A stretch of 64,000 nucleotides of DNA, from positions 6,748 through 70,747 of IMG/VR virus record IMGVR_UViG_2933330693_000001; one strand, written 5' to 3'. The notes under the pieces are model-generated. The model was not told where the DNA came from and ran no database searches. It saw only the letters and a program-made list of their open reading frames with translations. The position numbers were made by a program, and so were the translations under genes. Positions 57,661-64,000 of this stretch are shown here, in pieces (the first letter of the stretch is position 1; each line of letters starts with the position of its first letter). Source of the DNA: a virus. Its lineage: Duplodnaviria; Caudoviricetes.

Positions 57661-57911
57661 TACGCGATCACCGCCGGGTGGACCGAGTAGTGCAGCACCA
57701 CGCCGTCGCGCATGTCCTCGGGGATGACCGCCTGAAGCATGTACGCGAGGAAGTCCAGGTGGCGGGTGCCAGCGGGGACGGTCATCTCGTGGCTGCTGGA
57801 CTTCACGTCCCCGGACCCGTTCTGCATGGTGAGAACCACCAGCAGGCGCCGGGTCGGGGTGGAGCTGGTGGTCGTCGGTGTGGGCGACTTGGTGGCGGTG
57901 TTCTGGCTCAT
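57660..57911 (-). CDS. Hypothetical protein
   Basis: Coupled ORF. Confidence 0.5.
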   Translation of the reverse strand: MSQNTATKSPTPTTTSSTPTRRLLVVLTMQNGSGDVKSSSHEMTVPAGTRHLDFLAYMLQAVIPEDMRDGVVLHYSVHPAVIA

Positions 57912-58014
57912 CAGTCGGACTCCTGGTTCTCGTCGTCGTTGTCGGGTGGGGTCATGGCGGCGATGGCGTCCTGCCAGGTGTTGATCGTGGCGAGGGCCTC
58001 GGTGAGCCGGTCGT

Positions 58015-58203
58015 TCACGTCTTGCGGTCTCGCCGCAGGCGGGGGTTGCGGGAGAGCGTCTCGGCCCGGTTGGCCTCGGCGTGCGATCCCTCTACGTTGC
58101 CGCGCAGCAGCGCCGCGAAGGAGCGGACCCATGCGCCGGCCACACGCTGGAGACCTTCGTCGGTGTAGGCGGGCGGGACGTCGTCGTCAGTCCACTCGGT
58201 CAT
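58015..58203 (-). CDS. Small hypothetical protein
   Basis: MTEWTDDDVPPAY; coupled. Confidence 0.45.
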   Translation of the reverse strand: MTEWTDDDVPPAYTDEGLQRVAGAWVRSFAALLRGNVEGSHAEANRAETLSRNPRLRRDRKT

Positions 58204-58502
58204 CGGGTCACCGTCCCGGCCCGTCCGGTGGCGACCTTGGCGAGGATCGCCAGCGCGATCTCCTCGGCGTCGTCGAGGGTGTACGGGTCGTCGGCGAGGT
58301 AGATGTGGATGACCGTCCCGAAGTCGGGGTTGGCCATGAGGCCGATGCCGGGCTGGGTGCCGTAGTGGAGGGGGCCGGGGATGGGGGTGTCGGCGGCGGC
58401 GCAGATGTTCTCGCTGTGGTCGTGCCGGTCGCACCAGGGGGTGGAGGCGGGGCAGTGGCGGCGCTGCTGCGGGACCAGGACCAGGGTCGACGTGTGTGAC
58501 AT
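58200..58502 (-). CDS. Small CP.WC..H protein
   Basis: CPASTPWCDRHDH..YTLDDAEEIALAIL; GAAAGG RBS. Confidence 0.55.
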   Translation of the reverse strand: MSHTSTLVLVPQQRRHCPASTPWCDRHDHSENICAAADTPIPGPLHYGTQPGIGLMANPDFGTVIHIYLADDPYTLDDAEEIALAILAKVATGRAGTVTR

Positions 58503-58600
58503 GATGGCGGTAGTTCCTTTCGCTCGGTCGGGCGGATACGAGGGGCGGCCCCAGGTCTTGGCGGATAGGGGGCCGCCTTTCGCGTTTTCGGGGGACGGCA

Positions 58601-58900
58601 TCAGACCGCGACCTCCGCGTCCTCGCGGGGAAGCCAGGACGCGGCGTACTCCTCGAAGTCGAGCGACACACCTCGCGCCGCCAGGGCCTTGAATCCCTCG
58701 ACGAACGCGCGCAAGATCTTGCGGTTGCGCCCGAACTTGGCGCCCGGCAGCTCCCCCTTGCGGAGGCCCGAGTACAGGTACTCCTTCGAGAGGCCGAGTT
58801 CTTCCGCCGCGTCTGCAACGGCCATGAACAGTTGGCTCCGGGGCGTGCGCGGCGCGGCCTCCACGGTCTCCGTTGACTGGACGGTCTCGACTGTCTCCAT
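58601..58900 (-). CDS. xis: Excisionase-like HTH protein
   Basis: MAVADAAEELGLSKEYLYSGLRKGELPGAKFGRNRKI; first gene of leftward arm. Confidence 0.72.
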   Translation of the reverse strand: METVETVQSTETVEAAPRTPRSQLFMAVADAAEELGLSKEYLYSGLRKGELPGAKFGRNRKILRAFVEGFKALAARGVSLDFEEYAASWLPREDAEVAV

Positions 58901-59025
58901 ACACCCCATGCTGAGCTATGTGCATATGGTCAGTCAAGGCCAACCGGAGACGGTGAGTGGATTGCTACCAGGACGGTGTGTTCAACTGGTGGCACCATGT
59001 TGTGCCAAGTGCAGTAGGAGCATCG

Positions 59026-59430
59026 GTGACCGACCCGACCGGCCGCACGCTCTACCTCCAGATCGTCGACGACCTCCGGTCACAGATCGCATCCGGAGAA
59101 CTACGGGTAGGCGACCCCATCCCCTCCACCACCGCGCTCCAGAAGCAGTACGGCCACTCCATCACCGTGGTCCGCAAAGCCGTCGAAGTCCTCCGCAACG
59201 AGGGCCTCGTCTTCGGCCAGCCCGGCAAAGCCGTGTACGTCCAAGCCACCCCCGCAAGCGTCGAGGCCGAACGCGTCAGCGTCGAAGACCTCGCCCAGCA
59301 GGTGGCCGACCTCCGGACACAGGTCATGGAACTCCGCGGCACCGTCGAGCAGCTCTACACGCGACTCGGCCACCCGTACCCCAACGACGACGCCGGCCAG
59401 CCCGCGCGCCACCGCAAGACCGGAACGTGA
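59026..59430 (+). CDS. GntR-family repressor (Kor-like), divergent from xis
   Basis: LYLQIVDDLRSQIASGELRVGDPIPST..VVRKAVEVLRNEGLV..PGKAVYV; C-terminal coiled coil. Confidence 0.85.
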   Translation: MTDPTGRTLYLQIVDDLRSQIASGELRVGDPIPSTTALQKQYGHSITVVRKAVEVLRNEGLVFGQPGKAVYVQATPASVEAERVSVEDLAQQVADLRTQVMELRGTVEQLYTRLGHPYPNDDAGQPARHRKTGT

Positions 59431-59456
59431 CCCCCTAAGAGACGAGAGCGCCGCCG

Positions 59457-60569
59457 ATGGTCGAACGCAGCAAGGTCGTCGATCTACGCACGCGAACCAC
59501 CTACCGGCCGGACTGCGCCAACCTCGCGCGCAACCGGCTCCTCCTCGCCCGCAAGGGGCTGGGCCTGTCGTACGGCGAGTTCGCCGACCTGATCACCCCC
59601 ATGGTCGGCTGGCCCGTCTCCCCAGACGCCGTCGAGGCGTGGGAGACCAGCCTGGTGCCACCTGGCGACGTGCTCATCGCCGTCAGCACGGTGACCCCCG
59701 CCGCCAGCGACCGGCTCGGGGTGCGCTCTCACAAGTTCATCGCCGCCTACATCGGTGAGGCCATGGCCGCCCGTCTCGCAGAGCAGGCTGCACCGGCCGG
59801 ACAGGACCACCACGCTCTCCCCGTCGAACTGCCGGCGGGGACCTGCCGTCTGCACGTGTGGCCCTACGGCGTCGCGATCCTTCACCTCGTCGAGGACCTC
59901 GACCTGCCGAACATCGCCCACCTGGCCGTGTGGCGCTACCAGTCCTACGAGCACAACCTCGACTGGGCCACCACCTACCTGCGCAGGCTCACTGGCGACG
60001 ACACCTCGGCCGCCTCGTACGTGCTCAGCCTCTACTGGGTCCACGGCCCCACCTGGGTCGGGCAGATGCTCGACACCGCCGCGCGCATCATCTGCTCGCC
60101 GCGCGTCCTCATCGACCGCGACCAGCCTGGCGGAGACGCCTGCCTGGCCGCCGCCGAGCAGGCCGAACGCGAGTTACTCGCCGGAGGCTTCCACCAGCAG
60201 GAGATGCGCTCGTTCGGAGTGGCCGGCGTGTCCGTCGGCTACGCCTCCTGGTCTGGCGTCGCCTACCATCCGCTCGACCCCGCGCGCTGCCTCGCCGAGG
60301 ACGAGCTCGTCGACTGCGAGCTGACGGCGCAAGCGATCTGGGCCTACTGCGAGCACATCAACGGCCAGGTCGAGCAGGGCCACGACCCACATGTCAGCGA
60401 GGAGTACGGGTGGCGGTTCCTGCGCGCGGCCCGCTCGAGGCTGACCAACCCTCGGCCGCGCGAGACGGGGCAGCACCGGTTGATGCGTGACGCGATCGTG
60501 GAGACGAGCGGCATCGCGGGTCATCTTGATCAGGCAATCGAGGCACTTCGAGAGGCAGGCAGGCAGTGA
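59457..60569 (+). CDS. XRE-like HTH fused to an uncharacterised C-terminal domain
   Basis: LLLARKGLGLSYGEFADLI..VEAWET; RSHKF, SYVLSLY, GYASWSGVAY. Confidence 0.65.
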   Translation: MVERSKVVDLRTRTTYRPDCANLARNRLLLARKGLGLSYGEFADLITPMVGWPVSPDAVEAWETSLVPPGDVLIAVSTVTPAASDRLGVRSHKFIAAYIGEAMAARLAEQAAPAGQDHHALPVELPAGTCRLHVWPYGVAILHLVEDLDLPNIAHLAVWRYQSYEHNLDWATTYLRRLTGDDTSAASYVLSLYWVHGPTWVGQMLDTAARIICSPRVLIDRDQPGGDACLAAAEQAERELLAGGFHQQEMRSFGVAGVSVGYASWSGVAYHPLDPARCLAEDELVDCELTAQAIWAYCEHINGQVEQGHDPHVSEEYGWRFLRAARSRLTNPRPRETGQHRLMRDAIVETSGIAGHLDQAIEALREAGRQ

Positions 60570-61135
60570 GCGGATACAGCGACGGCACATCGGTGCTCGT
60601 GGTGGTGGACGTCCAGAATGCTTTCGTCCGGGCCGAGTCGGCCCATGTCGTCCCGGTCATCGTGGACCTGGTCGACCGCTGGCAGGGCGACGTGCTGTTC
60701 ACCCGTTACATCAACTACCCGGGCAGCCCGTTCGAGCGGCTCGTCCGCTGGTCGGCGTGCATGACCTCGCCAGAGATTGACATCGTAGATGAGCTCCAGC
60801 CGTACACGGCCCGCGCCCACGTGATCGACAAGAGGGGGTACGGCCTGTTCGCCGACCCCGCAGGCGCCGCGCTCGTGGCCGAGCGGGGCTGGTGCGACAT
60901 CTACGTGTGCGGCATCGCCACCGAGTCGTGCGTGCTGGCGACCGCGCTCGGCGCATTCGAGGCGGACCTGACGCCGTGGCTGATCGAGGACGCGTCGGCG
61001 TCGCATGCCGGCCGTGATGTGCATGAGGCGGGGGTGCTCGTCACCCGGCGGTTCATCGGCCAAGACCAGATCATTTCGGTGGCGGATGTTCCTGCGGGTC
61101 TGGTGTCGCCGCCGCGTCTGCGGTGTGACGTGTGA
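60566..61135 (+). CDS. Isochorismatase/nicotinamidase-family cysteine hydrolase
   Basis: VVVDVQNAF, IDKRGY, GIATESCV, EDASAS. Confidence 0.88.
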   Translation: MSGYSDGTSVLVVVDVQNAFVRAESAHVVPVIVDLVDRWQGDVLFTRYINYPGSPFERLVRWSACMTSPEIDIVDELQPYTARAHVIDKRGYGLFADPAGAALVAERGWCDIYVCGIATESCVLATALGAFEADLTPWLIEDASASHAGRDVHEAGVLVTRRFIGQDQIISVADVPAGLVSPPRLRCDV

Positions 61136-61333
61136 CCGCACACACGAGCTCTCGGCCTGCCGCTGACCGACCGTAAGAATCATCCTTTTGGAACGTCACA
61201 GTAAGTCCCCGCAGGTGGTGGGCCTGTGATCGCTAACAATCACGAAACTCCACCAAAAAGCCGTACCAACCTGCACAAATGGACATGTTACGTTGTGATA
61301 ACGGTCCCCGCCGTACGTTGCCGAATGCGCCCC

Positions 61334-61804
61334 ATGAGCGTCAAATGCCCTATTGAGGCCATAACCGAAACCGCGTGCGTGGGGCCGCAGCAACCCCAGG
61401 GGGTGGTAGAAATCGCCAACAACGGAGTCGGCGAACGACCGAGCAAGCACGCCGCGGCCTCGGGGGAGGGCCGCGACGCAGTACAGCACCTGACCGACGA
61501 GCAACTCCTCGACCCGAGGTTCATGCGAGGCGTCATCACCAAGATGGCCACCGAACTCGACACCGCCCACAAGCTCATCGGCAGGCTGTTCGATGCGCTC
61601 GACGCCGCACAAGCCAACCACGCGCCACCCGAGGTGCGGCACGCCCTGGCCCGGCGCGGACGGCGCGTCCACTTCGTCACCGAATTCGTCAACGGCCACG
61701 AGGTCACCGTCGGGGTCCTGCCAACCGGCCGCGACGACCCCGCCGACGCCGACCGGCGATGGCAGCGACTCCGCGAGCAGTACAGCGGAGGACAGGACCA
61801 GTGA
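61334..61804 (+). CDS. Hypothetical protein (start uncertain)
   Basis: High-GC3 3' part; coupled to next gene. Confidence 0.45.
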   Translation: MSVKCPIEAITETACVGPQQPQGVVEIANNGVGERPSKHAAASGEGRDAVQHLTDEQLLDPRFMRGVITKMATELDTAHKLIGRLFDALDAAQANHAPPEVRHALARRGRRVHFVTEFVNGHEVTVGVLPTGRDDPADADRRWQRLREQYSGGQDQ

Positions 61805-62622
61805 GCGGGTTACCCGACTGGGAGCTCCGCGAGGCTCCCGACCCCCCATTCGACATCGTCGCCCACTGGGAAGGCGACAAACTGATCATCACGGTCGCTG
61901 CCAGCCTGCAAGGGCTCGCCCGCGAAGACGCCATCGACGGGCTGCTCCGCCGCCACCGGCGCCGCACCTGGAAGGCCGTCTGGCCCATCCCTGCGCTGAT
62001 CGGGGCGTGGGAGTGGACGAACCGCAAGGTGCGGGCGCACGAGCGGGTCGCCTCCGCAGCGGCAGGCACAGCGGCCACCGTCATCGTCGGCGCCGCCGCC
62101 CTCACCGTCACCGGAGCTCTCGACAGCGACGAACGACGAACCCCGTACGCTGGCCCGCCGCCCACCATCATCACCATGACCGTGCATCCCACCCGCAGCG
62201 AGCTGTCCTCTACCGCCCGGCCGGCCACGCCCCGGCCGACCCGGCGGCAAGCTCCCCCGCCGGACGTCGTCGAGACGCGGCGCCCGGCGGGCACACCGCC
62301 GCCCGCCGTGGCCCGCAGCCGGAGAGCCGCAGCCGAGCCCACCCGGCGGCCCCGCCGTTCGGCGCCGGCCAGCGCGCGGCCGACCCGGGACCGGCCTGAG
62401 CCGTTGGCTTCGGCCACCGTGCGGCAGCCGCGCCGGGAGCGGGAGACGGCCATCGCGGTGACCGCCCCGCCCAGCCGCACCGAGCGGCCTACAGTGGACG
62501 CGCGCCCAGCCACGACAGCACCAGCACCCCAGCCCGGGCCCACCGTGGCCGCGGCAGGGTGCGGCGGCATCATCCACGCCCGCGTGGACCCGCTGCTGGA
62601 CGTGTGCGTCCGCCTCCGATAG
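61801..62622 (+). CDS. Membrane protein with Pro/Arg-rich region
   Basis: TM TVIVGAAALTV; C-terminal C..VDPLLDVC. Confidence 0.55.
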   Translation: MSGLPDWELREAPDPPFDIVAHWEGDKLIITVAASLQGLAREDAIDGLLRRHRRRTWKAVWPIPALIGAWEWTNRKVRAHERVASAAAGTAATVIVGAAALTVTGALDSDERRTPYAGPPPTIITMTVHPTRSELSSTARPATPRPTRRQAPPPDVVETRRPAGTPPPAVARSRRAAAEPTRRPRRSAPASARPTRDRPEPLASATVRQPRRERETAIAVTAPPSRTERPTVDARPATTAPAPQPGPTVAAAGCGGIIHARVDPLLDVCVRLR

Positions 62623-62643
62623 CGACACCCTGGAGCAACCCGC

Positions 62644-63873
62644 ATGGCGTACATCCGCCGCCTGCCGAGCGGCCTATGGCAGGCCACCGTCCGCATGCCG
62701 AACGGCCAGCGCACCACCAAGAGCAACAGGCTCAAATCCGTGGTCGAGAAGTGGGCCAAGGCCACCGAAGCCAAATTCGATCAGGGCGACATCCGCGACC
62801 CGAAAGCCGGCCAGATCAAGGTCGCCGACTGGTACGCCCGCTACGCGGCCGCCCGCGTCATCGAAGCCCCAACCCGGGCCAAGAACGACTCGCTGTGGCG
62901 CACCCACTGCAAGGACCGGTGGGGCGACTGGCCCATGCAGGCCGTCCAGCGGGTCGACGCCCAGGCGTGGGTCGGCGACCTGCAGGAGACGCGCCGCGCC
63001 CGCCACCGCGGCCGGCCCGCCGCATCCTTCGACGACCCCGACGAAATCCCGACCCTGTCGGCGGCCACGATCCACGACATCGTGCACCTGATGACCAGCA
63101 TGTACAAGGCGGCCATCAAGCAGGACCCGCCGATCGTGCTCACCAACCCGTTCCTCGACCTGGAGCTGCCGAAGCGTGGCGCCACCCAGGTCGAGTTCTA
63201 CGAGCACGCCGAGGCCGATGCCCTGTACGCGGCCATGGAGCGCCTGCACGGCCCGAAGTGGCGGACCCTGGCCGAGCTCGGCATGGACGTCGGGCTGCGG
63301 CCAGGAGAGATTTACGGGCTGCACGGGCACCGCGTGGACTGGATCCGCGGACTGCTGTCGGTGGTGGACGTGTCCACCCGGCAGGGGCTGCGCGAGTACC
63401 CCAAGAGCATGAAGTCGAACAGGACGGCGCCGGTGCCGCCGCGGACGTTGGAGGGGATGAGCCGGCTGATGCAGGGCCGGCCGCGGACCGCGTTGGTGTT
63501 CACCGCGCCGGAGGGCGGGCCGGTGGACGACGGCGACTTCCGCAACCGGATCTGGTACCCGGCGGTGGATGCGGCCCGGCTGTGCGGCAACCGCTCGCCG
63601 GGGGAGGCCCGCGACGGCGAGGTGTTCGTCGAGGGGGAGTGCGGGGCTGTGTGCGTCAGCCCGACGCATGGGATCCGCCGCTTCTCGCCGAGGATCATGC
63701 GGCACACCGCGGCGTCGTGGCTGGTTCAGGACGGGGTGCCGCTGTACGACGTGCAGGCGCTGCTGGGCCACGAGTCGTTTGAGACCACGCAGCGTTACGC
63801 GCATCTGGCTCCGGACGCCCACGACAAGGTCGTCCAGTCGTGGAAGCGGCGTGCGTCCGCGAACCCTGGTTGA
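62644..63873 (+). CDS. int: Tyrosine integrase
   Basis: AYIRRLPSGLWQA arm-binding N-terminus; GLRPGE, PKS, RIMRHT, LLGH, TTQRY. Confidence 0.93.
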   Translation: MAYIRRLPSGLWQATVRMPNGQRTTKSNRLKSVVEKWAKATEAKFDQGDIRDPKAGQIKVADWYARYAAARVIEAPTRAKNDSLWRTHCKDRWGDWPMQAVQRVDAQAWVGDLQETRRARHRGRPAASFDDPDEIPTLSAATIHDIVHLMTSMYKAAIKQDPPIVLTNPFLDLELPKRGATQVEFYEHAEADALYAAMERLHGPKWRTLAELGMDVGLRPGEIYGLHGHRVDWIRGLLSVVDVSTRQGLREYPKSMKSNRTAPVPPRTLEGMSRLMQGRPRTALVFTAPEGGPVDDGDFRNRIWYPAVDAARLCGNRSPGEARDGEVFVEGECGAVCVSPTHGIRRFSPRIMRHTAASWLVQDGVPLYDVQALLGHESFETTQRYAHLAPDAHDKVVQSWKRRASANPG

Positions 63874-63896
63874 CGCTCGTGACGCATCAGTGACGC
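63871..63896 (+). other. Candidate integrase arm-type sites (TGACGC x3)
   Basis: TGACGC at 63871, 63880 and 63891 between int and att core. Confidence 0.5.
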
Positions 63897-63905
63897 ACGA
63901 TCATG

Positions 63906-63944
63906 AAAAAGGCCCTTCCCGGATCTCCCCGGAAAGGGCCTTTC
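63906..63944. terminator. Bidirectional terminator between int and tRNA
   Basis: aaaggcccttcccgg...ccggaaagggccttt with A/T tails. Confidence 0.75.
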
Positions 63945-63953
63945 ACCTGCGGG

Positions 63954-64000
63954 TCGGGGTGGCGGGATTTGAACCCACGACCTCTTCGTCCCGAACGAAG
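63954..64000 (-). tRNA. tRNA-Pro(CGG), 3' portion (5' end beyond window); likely att core
   Basis: Reverse complement CTTCG-TTCGGGA-CGAAG anticodon arm, GTGGG-TTCAAAT-CCCGC T-arm, acceptor 3' strand ...CCCCGA. Confidence 0.88.

Larger units (their letters stand above)
1..64000. mobile_element. Temperate siphovirus-like prophage integrated at tRNA-Pro (left boundary outside window)
   Basis: Replication, terminase, portal, protease, capsid, tail, tape measure, lysis and integrase genes in phage-like order; integrase abuts a tRNA 3' end. Confidence 0.93.

Overview
This high-GC actinomycete window is almost entirely one temperate siphovirus-like prophage. Its right end sits at the 3' end of a tRNA-Pro(CGG) (minus strand, cut by the window edge), next to a tyrosine integrase; the left end is outside the window. 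Order: (1) 1-15.4 kb, early/replication genes (Holliday-junction resolvase, C5 and N4C/N6A methyltransferases, WhiB, DnaN clamp, primase-DUF3987 fusion, and an iteron-rich probable origin); (2) 15.4-17.4 kb, a Xer-like recombinase with its own dif/lox-like site plus a degenerate resolvase; (3) 18.3-23.6 kb, two paralogous virion-accessory cassettes placed before the terminase; (4) 23.8-46.3 kb, head, tail and lysis genes; (5) 46.5-59 kb, a leftward arm resembling an actinomycete conjugative element (AICE) transfer region (Xis, GntR/Kor, membrane Spd-like proteins, TraB-like FtsK translocase, clt-like repeats, DUF2637 protein with about 22 CGTACG palindromes, RapZ-C); (6) an XRE-fusion/isochorismatase pair and the integrase. 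The most notable signals are the apparent phage/conjugative-element hybrid and two helical proteins flanking the FtsK ATPase that share an ungapped C-terminal motif. All family assignments come from motif recognition by eye, not database searches.
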